Part shown: one piece after another, positions 8,084-16,518 of the stretch
Layout: every line of letters begins with the position of its first letter
Numbering within the stretch: the stretch's first letter is position 1
Virus record (IMG/VR): IMGVR_UViG_2541047494_000006
Strand: one strand, 5' to 3'
DNA length: 20,000 nucleotides
From: an uncultured virus (IMG/VR IMGVR_UViG_2541047494_000006)
Taxonomy: Duplodnaviria > Heunggongvirae > Uroviricota > Caudoviricetes
The notes under the pieces: model-generated
What the model was told of the DNA's origin: nothing
The model's database searches: none
Seen by the model: only the letters and a program-made list of their open reading frames with translations
Translations under genes and position numbers: made by a program

Positions 8084-8600
8084 ATAGCAAGGGAGAACAA
8101 GAAAACACAAAGCCACCTCTCAAATGAAGTAACAGGCAAAGAACCTTCTTAAAACTCTAGCTAATATCTTAAAGGGTTCTATTAAAAAATATTAAACTAC
8201 TATTAAAAAATTACTACCTTTAAGTTGACCTTTTAAATGGTGTGAATGGTGAAAGGCACACAACACAAATATTACACATAGTTTTTTCTTCATTTTTTAA
8301 CTACAAAAATGAATTAGTCATACCAGTTGGTGAGGTGTTCCCAACATTAAGTAATTAAATAAATAAAATTAATAAAGGTTTCCAATTAAAGCCTACAAAA
8401 AATTGAGGTATCAACTTAGTTGCTTCTATAATGGCACTCAATACAATTTAATATGACATAGCAGTTGTGAGGTACTGCGTTATAAAAAGTACTAAAGATT
8501 GAGCATTAAAATTATAGTTTGTACTGCTTGACACCTACATGGTTATAAACTATCTAATATTTACTAGTATAATTTAAACTATTTATTAGATTATTTTAGT
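8084..8600 (+). ncRNA. Candidate structured leader/ncRNA downstream of the repressor-controlled promoter
   Basis: About 570 nt without an ORF of 60 aa or more after a perfect promoter. Serial hairpins, three of which carry TGAGGT. Confidence 0.45.
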
Positions 8601-8659
8601 AAGTGTTAGAATACAACACTTAAATTATGATATAATAATAAAATAGGAGTGTGAACGGC

Positions 8660-8983
8660 ATGGATGAAAAAATATTAGAATTATTACAAAAAATGGATAC
8701 TAGTATTAATGATATACAAGGAGAAATAAAATGGATTAATACTAGACTAGATAGTATGGATGGTCGTTTTGATGGGATTGAAAACCAACTTAGTGATTTA
8801 AAAGAAGGACAAGAAGAAATTAAAAAGAAACTAGACTTAACTTATAATCAAGTTGCTAGAAATATGGAAGGCATAACAGAAGTTGGAGAAAAAATAGACA
8901 CTTTAAAAAATGACATGAACTTTGTAGAAATGGCTACATCTAAAAATTGGAATGAAATAGCAAAGTTAAAATCAATTAAATAG
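8660..8983 (+). CDS. Coiled-coil hypothetical protein
   Basis: Heptad pattern, RBS AGGAG. Start at ATG 8660 or GTG 8651. Confidence 0.8.
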   Translation: MDEKILELLQKMDTSINDIQGEIKWINTRLDSMDGRFDGIENQLSDLKEGQEEIKKKLDLTYNQVARNMEGITEVGEKIDTLKNDMNFVEMATSKNWNEIAKLKSIK

Positions 8984-8994
8984 GAGTAGATAAA

Positions 8995-9228
8995 ATGGAT
9001 GAGAAAACATTAGAATTGCTACGAGAAATACAGGAAAGTATTAAAATTTTAAATGACAAGCTTGACGAATTTGATTATACACAAGATAAAATAAAATCTA
9101 ATGTTGAGGGACTTTTAGAATGTTTTAGTCGTATTGATTTTAGAATTGAAGACCTAGAAAATGGTCAAACCTCATTGTATACTAAGCTTGATATAGTGCA
9201 AAATGAAACAGCAAAATCAATTAAATAG
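8995..9228 (+). CDS. Coiled-coil hypothetical protein, paralog of the upstream gene
   Basis: Shares the MDEKxLELL start and KSIK end. RBS AGGAG. Confidence 0.8.
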   Translation: MDEKTLELLREIQESIKILNDKLDEFDYTQDKIKSNVEGLLECFSRIDFRIEDLENGQTSLYTKLDIVQNETAKSIK

Positions 9229-9237
9229 CAGTACATA

Positions 9238-9267
9238 AAAAGACACTTGAATTATTGAGTGTCTTTT
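9238..9267 (+). terminator. Rho-independent terminator
   Basis: AAAAGACACTT...GAGTGTCTTTT. Confidence 0.75.
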
Positions 9268-9322
9268 CTACAAGCTCTTAGTATGGTATTATTAAACAAT
9301 AATATCATTGGAGGTATAACGA

Positions 9323-9511
9323 ATGTATGAGCAGAGAAAAGCAAAAGTAATATTCAATAAAGGAGCTGGTAATTCTAGGGGAGAATCATATACGAATAGG
9401 GTTACAATTCCAACTACATGGATAAAACATATGGACATAACTAAACTAGACAGGGAAGTTTTGTTGACTTTTGATGGTAATAAAATAGTAATAGAAAAAA
9501 TAGATGAGTAG
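9323..9511 (+). CDS. AbrB/MazE/SpoVT-like DNA-binding protein
   Basis: RVTIPTTWIKHMDI...REVLLTFDGNKIVIEK fits the swapped-hairpin pattern. RBS GGAGG. Confidence 0.8.
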   Translation: MYEQRKAKVIFNKGAGNSRGESYTNRVTIPTTWIKHMDITKLDREVLLTFDGNKIVIEKIDE

Positions 9512-9536
9512 ATAAAAAATCTACTCAAAAAAATAC

Positions 9537-9610
9537 TTGACAACTCGTGACGAGTCGATTGTAATTAAATCATAAAATAAAATTTTTTACAAAATGACTA
9601 GTAACGAGTC
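9537..9610 (+). promoter_or_regulatory. Promoter with two ACTCGT-N-ACGAGT operators
   Basis: TTGACA(9537-9542)-17-TGTAAT(9560-9565). Palindrome ACTCGTGACGAGT at 9543-9555 and variant GACTAGTAACGAGTC at 9596-9610. Confidence 0.75.
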
Positions 9611-9631
9611 GGTAAAAAGGGAGGATATAAA

Positions 9632-9673
9632 ATGCTAAATATATACATAACTAATTTAGGGAAATATGATTGA
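9632..9673 (+). pseudogene. Truncated duplicate of the ardA 5' end (13 codons)
   Basis: MLNIYITNLGKYD*. Bases 9629-9667 are identical to 10084-10122, with the same GGAGGATAT RBS. Confidence 0.8.
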
Positions 9674-9740
9674 GATGCCTTTTATATAGTTCTCTAATAT
9701 GGTATTATTATTCTATAATAATAATGTTGGAGGGGACAAA

Positions 9741-9935
9741 ATGAATTTAGAGAGACTAAAAGAGTTAAGGTTAGAAAGAGGATACAGTCAACAACAATTT
9801 GCAACTTATATTGGATTGTCTACTTCTACATATACAGATAAAGAAGCAGGGAAAACAAAATTCAAGGTTGAAGAATTAGAGAAAATATTAAAATTTCTAA
9901 ATCTTGACCCTTTGGAATTGCTTGACTTAGATTAA
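9741..9935 (+). CDS. XRE/Cro-like HTH regulator
   Basis: MNLERLKELRLERGYSQQQFATYIGLSTSTYTDKEAG. RBS GGAGG. Resembles the 7212-7403 protein. Confidence 0.9.
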   Translation: MNLERLKELRLERGYSQQQFATYIGLSTSTYTDKEAGKTKFKVEELEKILKFLNLDPLELLDLD

Positions 9936-9957
9936 AAAGTCAACTTTTCTAAATAAT

Positions 9958-10062
9958 AAAACCGAAAAATCGTTGACAATATCCGTTTTGAGATTTATAA
10001 TTAAAATATCAAATAAAAAATTTAAAAAACAAAACCGAAAAATCGTTTTAAAAAATCGTTTT
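9958..10062 (+). promoter_or_regulatory. Consensus ardA promoter with repeated AAAACCGAAAAATCGTT operators
   Basis: TTGACA(9973-9978)-17-TATAAT(9996-10001). Operator copies at 9958-9974 and 10031-10047, plus a half-site near 10051-10062. Confidence 0.8.
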
Positions 10063-10086
10063 ATAATAAAAAAGGAGGATATAAAA

Positions 10087-10800
10087 ATGCTAAATATATA
10101 CATAACTAATTTAGGGAAATATAACGAAGGTGAACTAATAGGGGAATGGGCTGAACTTCCAGTAAACGAGGAAGAATTACAAGAAATATTAGATAGAATA
10201 GGGATAAATGAAGAATATGAGGAGTATTTCATAACAGATTTTGAAACAGATATAGAAGGGTTAGAAATAAGTGAACATAGCAATATAGAGCAACTGAATG
10301 AATTAGCAATGAAACTTGAGAGGTTAGAAGAATATGAGATTGAAGAGTTAAAAGCTTTACTTGAACGTGGATACATTGATTTTTATGACATGCTTGAAGG
10401 GGATATTTGCAGATTATCAGGTAATTATACTTTTATACAACTTGATGACAGGTCACCATTGGATGATGAAAATTTAGGACGTAGTTACATAGAAGAAATA
10501 TGTTGTGGTGATTTATCTTGTATAGAAAATATTGCTTACTACTTTGACATAGAAGCATTTTCAAGAGATTTACGTTTTGATAGAGATATGATTATTGAAA
10601 ATTTATACGAAGAAGATATAGAATATTATGAAAATATGACAGATATTGAATTTGCAGAGAATTATATTGAACGATTAGGAGATATTGAAGAGTTAGGTCA
10701 AGAAACACTTGAAAGATACTTTAATTATGAGCTATATGGAACTGACTTACGTTATGAGAATATTTGTATAGCATCAAATTATTTAGCTATAGTTTCTTAA
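10087..10800 (+). CDS. ardA: ArdA antirestriction protein (DNA mimic)
   Basis: MLNIYITNLGKYNEGELIGEWAELP...EEYFITDFE...YFDIEAFSRDL. Extremely acidic. AGGAGG RBS before ATG 10087. Confidence 0.92.
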   Translation: MLNIYITNLGKYNEGELIGEWAELPVNEEELQEILDRIGINEEYEEYFITDFETDIEGLEISEHSNIEQLNELAMKLERLEEYEIEELKALLERGYIDFYDMLEGDICRLSGNYTFIQLDDRSPLDDENLGRSYIEEICCGDLSCIENIAYYFDIEAFSRDLRFDRDMIIENLYEEDIEYYENMTDIEFAENYIERLGDIEELGQETLERYFNYELYGTDLRYENICIASNYLAIVS

Positions 10801-10867
10801 ATAAAAAGTTTTAGGGCGTTCTTTAAAAACGCCACTTCCAATAAAAAAATTGAAAGGGGAATAAATC

Positions 10868-11008
10868 ATGAAAAAATTAATAATTAAGATAAAATCATTG
10901 TTTAAAAAGGATTTAGATAGTAGCTATTGGAGTACTACAGAAAGTATTATTTTAAAATGTGGAAACAGCAATCAATTAAAATTATTGAAACAATCTAATA
11001 AATTATAA
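10868..11008 (+). CDS. 46-aa hypothetical protein (not in the ORF track)
   Basis: RBS AAGGGG. MKKLIIKIKSLFKKDLDSSYWSTTESIILKCGNSNQLKLLKQSNKL. Confidence 0.55.
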   Translation: MKKLIIKIKSLFKKDLDSSYWSTTESIILKCGNSNQLKLLKQSNKL

Positions 11009-11024
11009 AGGGGGATTATTAAAA

Positions 11025-11246
11025 ATGAAAATAAATAGCAAAATATCAAATGTAGTATGGGACATAAAAACAAAAGAGTTAAATAAGCAGGATATACTTT
11101 TTATAGAAAATTTCAACCCAACAATATATCATAATGATGTTGATTGTTACCTGTGGTCACTTGATGAAAAACTACCAAGTGGTGTATGGTTGGAAAATAT
11201 AAAATTTAATAATGAAATAACAGAAGCTAAAGCTATTGTTTTATAA
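11025..11246 (+). CDS. Hypothetical protein
   Basis: 73 aa ORF with RBS AGGGGG. Confidence 0.75.
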   Translation: MKINSKISNVVWDIKTKELNKQDILFIENFNPTIYHNDVDCYLWSLDEKLPSGVWLENIKFNNEITEAKAIVL

Positions 11247-11290
11247 AATTCAATTCTTAAGATAGATGTAAAATATTAGGAGGGTTAAAA

Positions 11291-11527
11291 ATGATAAATT
11301 ATTCTAAATATATGACTGCAACAGATTTAATAAATATATGTGACATTTTAGAAGGTGAAACAATAGGAGAAGCAGGAACTTATAATTCCTTAAGTACTAG
11401 ACTAGGAAACTTAATCGGATTAGATTGGGCTTTAAAAGGAGAAGAATTGAGACAGCAATTAATACAAAATATTAATAATATGATGTATTTAGATAATGAA
11501 AATAAAATTCAATATAAAGAATTTTAA
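11291..11527 (+). CDS. Hypothetical protein
   Basis: 78 aa ORF with RBS AGGAGG. Confidence 0.8.
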   Translation: MINYSKYMTATDLINICDILEGETIGEAGTYNSLSTRLGNLIGLDWALKGEELRQQLIQNINNMMYLDNENKIQYKEF

Positions 11528-11561
11528 ATAAAAAATAATTAATTTATAGGAGGAAAATAAA

Positions 11562-12065
11562 ATGAATAAAATAATCGTATTTTATGATATAGAAGGGTAT
11601 CCAGTTTTCCAAATACTTGTAAGAAATGTAAAAAAATATACTAGACAAAATAGAATATTTAAATTGGTTGATAGTTTTATTAAAAAAAATATAAATAATA
11701 TTAATTTAAATGATGGGAAAATATATGATAGCTCTAGTTGGATAATTTTTACTATATCAAAAACAGGACATTATAAATTAAAACTTAATCTTGATATAGA
11801 CTATGATATATTAATTAAAAAGTTAGATATCAAAAAAAGTAAAAGAGAAAGTAATTCTAAAACAGAGAGAGAATTATTTTATATAGGAACAGGATGGTGT
11901 AAAAGAAAAGAAATATACAATTTACTAACTAGACAAAATCAAATTGGATACGAAGATTATGATACTTTAACAATAGATGGCGATGTTTATATAAGAACAT
12001 ATAATGAAAAATGTAGAACAATATTACTTCATAGTAATTATCAAAAAATATTAAAAGAGATATAA
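11562..12065 (+). CDS. Hypothetical protein
   Basis: 167 aa ORF with RBS AGGAGG. Confidence 0.8.
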   Translation: MNKIIVFYDIEGYPVFQILVRNVKKYTRQNRIFKLVDSFIKKNINNINLNDGKIYDSSSWIIFTISKTGHYKLKLNLDIDYDILIKKLDIKKSKRESNSKTERELFYIGTGWCKRKEIYNLLTRQNQIGYEDYDTLTIDGDVYIRTYNEKCRTILLHSNYQKILKEI

Positions 12066-12102
12066 ATAAAATTCAACTTTTAATATAAATGGAGGGTTTA
12101 AA

Positions 12103-12465
12103 ATGAATAAGTATTTAATTGGTTGCATAGGTAATTGCTTAAGAAGTATGAAAGCAATAAAAACTAGATTTTTTTTAATAGATAATAATAACATTGAGGA
12201 TGTCACACTAAAGTTGTGTAAAGGAGTAGAGCATATAGCACCATTTAGATATAAATATGGATTAGCAAATTATAGTTTTGGTTGTGGTTTATCTCATTAT
12301 TTAGATACATATAATTTAAACACTGTAAATGGATTAGATTTGAATAATACACATTTAATAATGCTTACTTTAAATGATTTAAAAAATATAGTAGGGTGTA
12401 AAACTGTCTTTGATATAGATGTAGAAGAAAAACTATTAAACTATATAAAGAGTTATTACAGATGA
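12103..12465 (+). CDS. Hypothetical protein
   Basis: 120 aa ORF with RBS GGAGG. Confidence 0.8.
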   Translation: MNKYLIGCIGNCLRSMKAIKTRFFLIDNNNIEDVTLKLCKGVEHIAPFRYKYGLANYSFGCGLSHYLDTYNLNTVNGLDLNNTHLIMLTLNDLKNIVGCKTVFDIDVEEKLLNYIKSYYR

Positions 12466-12515
12466 AAATACAAGTACTTAAAATATTAATTTTAATATAA
12501 TTGGAGGGGATTGAA

Positions 12516-12779
12516 ATGTTAATAAATAAGGCTAAAGGTATTAAAACATCACTTGAAACAAGCAGCTTAAGAGAACTAAAAGGATACATAAAAGATTTAA
12601 GAAAAGCACTATCAGGATATAAATATAAGAATAAAATAGATGAAATTACAGAATATCAAATAGATAAATTGTGTTACAAAATTGATAATACAGATATATT
12701 TGACTTGAAATATAAAGAAATAGAAAAGTATATAGATAACTTGATTTTGATAATTAATTTTATCTTTATGGAAATGTAA
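12516..12779 (+). CDS. Hypothetical protein
   Basis: Start reassigned to ATG 12516 (MLINKAKG...) behind GGAGGGG. Confidence 0.75.
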   Translation: MLINKAKGIKTSLETSSLRELKGYIKDLRKALSGYKYKNKIDEITEYQIDKLCYKIDNTDIFDLKYKEIEKYIDNLILIINFIFMEM

Positions 12780-12816
12780 TTAAAAGAATGATTTTAATAT
12801 AATTGGAGGTTTAAGC

Positions 12817-13401
12817 ATGAATGAGTATATTTTGATAAGTTATACAAAAGGTAAAGGAGCTTGTGACCACTGTGGAAGAACTATAAAAAATATAGCTACA
12901 ATAAAAAATAATGTTACAGGAGAAGTTTTTCATGTTGGATTAACATGTGTAGAAAAAATAATGAAATTGAATGTTACATTTTACAAAGCATTGTCGAGAG
13001 AGATAAAAAAACATTACAAATGTATGGAGTACTACAGTAAGGGTTTAGATATAGAGACAAATCTTAATAAAATAGTGAAGAATAATACTAAATACAAAGA
13101 AGGTTCTTATGCTTATAAATCTAATGAACAAATGTTAGAAGATGCAATTGCGGAAGTGGCTTGGTCTTTGGCTCGTATGATAGATAGTTGTATGAGAATG
13201 AATAAACTTAGTAAGTCTGGATTGATAGATATAGATATATTAAACAGTTTGTTTATCAAGTATAAGGAATATATGAGTAAATTTGATGAAAATTACAATA
13301 AAAACAAATATAAATATAAAAGTTGTTATACTATGAAACCTTTAAAAGTAATATTAGATGAAAATGAAGATTTAAAAGAACTATATAAAAGTATGCAATA
13401 A
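12817..13401 (+). CDS. Hypothetical protein with an N-terminal Zn-binding motif
   Basis: CDHCGRTI...TGEVFHVGLTC. RBS GGAGG. Confidence 0.8.
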   Translation: MNEYILISYTKGKGACDHCGRTIKNIATIKNNVTGEVFHVGLTCVEKIMKLNVTFYKALSREIKKHYKCMEYYSKGLDIETNLNKIVKNNTKYKEGSYAYKSNEQMLEDAIAEVAWSLARMIDSCMRMNKLSKSGLIDIDILNSLFIKYKEYMSKFDENYNKNKYKYKSCYTMKPLKVILDENEDLKELYKSMQ

Positions 13402-13714
13402 ATGTATGTAGGCGATGAATTAATGACAATGAATTTTATATAGATGAGGATTATATTTTATATAAAAGAGTGTCATATCTTTAATATAGGACATGAAGTA
13501 ATAAAAGAGTTTAAAATTATATTTTTAATAGGATATATGAGTTATCAAATCGCTATTATTATAGCTATATTATTATAATTCAAATGATAATGATAGTGAT
13601 TTGATAAAAGGATTTTAAAGATTATAAAAATCAAAAGAAATACATTAAGATAATTTTCAAACAGCTTATAGAGGCTTGTACGGGGTCATAATCATAAACT
13701 AGGAGGGTGTAAAA

Positions 13715-14212
13715 ATGAAATTCAAAAATATAGCTATGGGAATGTTATTAGGTTTAATTATTGTTGGAGTTGCAGGAGCAACAAAAGTTAAGGCTGCCGA
13801 ATTAGATAATTTTTATGTAGAAACTACCGACAGAGTTGTAGAAATATTAGAAGATGAAAGTGTAGTTTTATATGATACTAAAGAGCAAGTTTATAATTTC
13901 TATCCAGTTTGTCTAGGTGACTGGAACTATAGCTTTAAAAATAAAAAAGATTTAGATAGAGCAGTTGCAACTTACAAAGAGCTGTCAAACAATATAAGTC
14001 ACTCAAAGGATGTATATGTGATTAATAAGTTAAATAACAATGGAAACATTAAAGTATTTTTAAGTGATGGAAGTTCAATTGTATATATAAAAAATGATAA
14101 TAAATATTATTTTTATCCTTCTTGTATGGGTGATTGGTATTTAACATTAGATAGTAAAATTGATTTAAGTAATTGTGTTGGCACTTACTTTGATGTTGAG
14201 GTTGCAATATGA
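13715..14212 (+). CDS. Secreted/surface protein with two internal repeats
   Basis: Signal peptide MKFKNIAMGMLLGLIIVGVAGATKVKA. The YxFYPxCxGDW...DL...VxTY unit occurs twice. Confidence 0.8.
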   Translation: MKFKNIAMGMLLGLIIVGVAGATKVKAAELDNFYVETTDRVVEILEDESVVLYDTKEQVYNFYPVCLGDWNYSFKNKKDLDRAVATYKELSNNISHSKDVYVINKLNNNGNIKVFLSDGSSIVYIKNDNKYYFYPSCMGDWYLTLDSKIDLSNCVGTYFDVEVAI

Positions 14213-14367
14213 TACGATATATGAAAGATATAAATAATATAAGTTTAGAAGATGCTGATATGTTAGCAAAAGAGGGATTTTGTTTTATTATAAAAGATGG
14301 TAAATTAAGAGGTTTTAAAATTGAAAAAATAAAAATAGGGGGATATGAAAATGAAAAAAATAACTAA
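14209..14367 (+). CDS. 52-aa hypothetical protein (not in the ORF track)
   Basis: ATGA overlap with the upstream stop, RBS GAGGT. MIRYMKDINNISLEDADMLAKEGFCFIIKDGKLRGFKIEK... Confidence 0.6.
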   Translation: MIRYMKDINNISLEDADMLAKEGFCFIIKDGKLRGFKIEKIKIGGYENEKNN

Positions 14368-14956
14368 GAAAGAAATCAAAAAATATGTAAGAGAAGCTAT
14401 AAGTAATAATTTTAATTGGGAAATAGATAGATGCGGATTTTATATAAAAAATGATTCAATAAAGTTTTTTATTTCATATAAAGGACAGGGTGCAGACGAA
14501 AATATATACAACAATACTTACGAAGAAATAATTTACATTGATGATATTATAGAAGACTATAAAAGAAAAGAATATAATTTAAAAGATGTAGATTCAATAG
14601 TGCATGAAAATGTAAATAATATGATTATAGATTACAATGAGGAAATAGAAGAAAATGAAAGATGTATAAGGAGCTTTATAAAAGAACTAAAAAGTTCTGT
14701 AGGTGAAGAGTTTACAGTATTAGAATATGATAATTTTGTACAAGAAAAATATAATTATCTTGTTAATAAAACTGACTCATGGGATTTTTTTATGGAAGGT
14801 GAAGTATATAATTATTTAGATTGTGGAAGTTATACATATTCAGGATTAGGTAAAGATTATGATGTTGATATAAATATTGTCTTTGATGTAATAAAAATAA
14901 ATTCAGAAGAAGATTATAAATCTATAATAAAAATAAAAGACATTGAATTGTTATAA
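14351..14956 (+). CDS. Acidic hypothetical protein
   Basis: About 200 aa ORF with RBS AGGGGG. Start at 14345 or 14351. Confidence 0.8.
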   Translation: MKKITKKEIKKYVREAISNNFNWEIDRCGFYIKNDSIKFFISYKGQGADENIYNNTYEEIIYIDDIIEDYKRKEYNLKDVDSIVHENVNNMIIDYNEEIEENERCIRSFIKELKSSVGEEFTVLEYDNFVQEKYNYLVNKTDSWDFFMEGEVYNYLDCGSYTYSGLGKDYDVDINIVFDVIKINSEEDYKSIIKIKDIELL

Positions 14957-14998
14957 TTTACTATATATCTATAATATTTAAATATGAACTAATGATAT

Positions 14999-15044
14999 AA
15001 TTAAAATTAAAAGATATTAAATTTAATATCTTTTAATTTTAATT
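14999..15044. repeat. Perfect 46-bp palindrome
   Basis: AATTAAAATTAAAAGATATTAAA|TTTAATATCTTTTAATTTTAATT. Confidence 0.9.
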
Positions 15045-15062
15045 GATAAGCGAGGTTTTTTA

Positions 15063-16508
15063 ATGAAAGAAGAATTAAATATAGTACCATTTTTAGCTGA
15101 GTCTTTGTCGATAAATAAAAAATGCTATAAACTCATAGATAAATATTATAATGAAAATAAATTAAAATATTCAAGTTTGGCCAAAGATAATATTTTTTAT
15201 AATTCAAGGATAGCAAGTGAAGGAAGTATAATTCAAGAATATTATTTTAAAAAATCTTTAGGTATTCTATTAGAAAGAGATGAAAAGAAAATAACAAAAA
15301 TATTTAAGGTTGGTTATACAATTGCTTACAATTATATTATTTCTATCCAAACATTTAAAGCAAGTACCTTTTTAAGAAAACTTATGTTAAAAAATAAAAT
15401 TGAAAGTTTTTCAGAGGATGAATTAAATGGTAATATGTTAGTTGCAATTTCTTTATGTGGAGCTTTAGGGAAAGAAGTTGACGAATCAGATGAAATATAT
15501 ATAAAAGTAATTAGAAATTTGATTCTAAGAAATGAAAATTATAAACATGAAAAAGTTTTATCTATAGATAGACTAAGTAAAGATGAACAAAAACTCATTA
15601 GTAAGATAGAATTAAGATTAAAATCTACATATTTAAAAGAATATATTCCAAGCTCGTATACAATTGGAATTGATGGGAGTATAGGAACTTTTAATTTAGA
15701 TGCTTTAACAGATTTAGACAGAAACCTTTTAGGATTTGATTATATATATGACCTGGAAGAATTAAGTTTAATTTCAATTGTAGGAAGAGACATACTTAAA
15801 TCTAAACAAATACAAGAATTAATTTTATGTTACTGTAATTTACAAAAAAATATAGAAGATGAAAATAGCATTAATTATGAGGATTTATTTAAATTTATAA
15901 TTCCTGCTATAGACATAAGATATTTGGCAAGAGAATATAAAAAAGCTAAACAATTTTTCTTTAATAATTTTGATGAAGAATTAAAAGAATCTATAGAAGA
16001 AAAAGACCTTAAATTGGATAGTATTAAAAAAGAAAATTCATTATTGGAGGCAGAAAATGAAAAGTTAAAATCAGAACTAGAATTGTTGCAAAAAGATAAA
16101 CTTAGATTAGAAAATGAAATCAAAGCACAACTTACATCTAAAGAAGAATTGGTTCAATTAAGAAATTTTATGTTCAACCAGCAACAAGAGCAAGAAGAGA
16201 AAGTTTTAATTGATGAAAGTATAAATTTAAAAAATATAAAAGCAATAATATTTGGTGGACATCCAAATTGGATTTTAAAAATGAAAGAAAAATTAACTAA
16301 CTTTGAATTTATATCAGCAGATACAATTAATTTTAATGTAAACATATTGAATAGTTATGAGTATGTATTTATAAACACTAATTTTATAGGACATGCTATG
16401 TACTACAAAATTATAGAAAATTTGAACGAAGATAACAAACTTAGATATATAAATAATATAAATGTAGATAGAGCAATAGAAGCTATTAAAAATGCTATTA
16501 AAATTTAA
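15063..16508 (+). CDS. Coiled-coil protein with a C-terminal DUF2325-like domain
   Basis: Long heptad region, then IIFGGHPNW...VFINTNFIGHAMYYKI, a DUF2325-like pattern recalled from memory. Confidence 0.7.
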   Translation: MKEELNIVPFLAESLSINKKCYKLIDKYYNENKLKYSSLAKDNIFYNSRIASEGSIIQEYYFKKSLGILLERDEKKITKIFKVGYTIAYNYIISIQTFKASTFLRKLMLKNKIESFSEDELNGNMLVAISLCGALGKEVDESDEIYIKVIRNLILRNENYKHEKVLSIDRLSKDEQKLISKIELRLKSTYLKEYIPSSYTIGIDGSIGTFNLDALTDLDRNLLGFDYIYDLEELSLISIVGRDILKSKQIQELILCYCNLQKNIEDENSINYEDLFKFIIPAIDIRYLAREYKKAKQFFFNNFDEELKESIEEKDLKLDSIKKENSLLEAENEKLKSELELLQKDKLRLENEIKAQLTSKEELVQLRNFMFNQQQEQEEKVLIDESINLKNIKAIIFGGHPNWILKMKEKLTNFEFISADTINFNVNILNSYEYVFINTNFIGHAMYYKIIENLNEDNKLRYINNINVDRAIEAIKNAIKI

Positions 16509-16518
16509 GGAGCGTATT

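Noticed and set aside
8130..8260. c-di-GMP-I riboswitch (GGCAAA / GAAA words)
   Set aside because: Lacks the GCAAAC-stem-GAAA-stem-GACGCAAAGC arrangement.
9973..10086. N-terminal extension of ArdA in the ORF track
   Set aside because: The TTG is the -35 box of the promoter. The real start is ATG 10087 behind AGGAGG.
13402..13714. Possible gene in the 300-bp gap
   Set aside because: Only very short ORFs without convincing RBS. May be decayed sequence.
14955..14973. Partial match to spacer 3 (17/19), also TATATGATATAATA shared with the rep promoter near 4419-4432
   Set aside because: AT-rich sequence, no CCW PAM and no seed match. Explained by chance or by the generic -10 motif.
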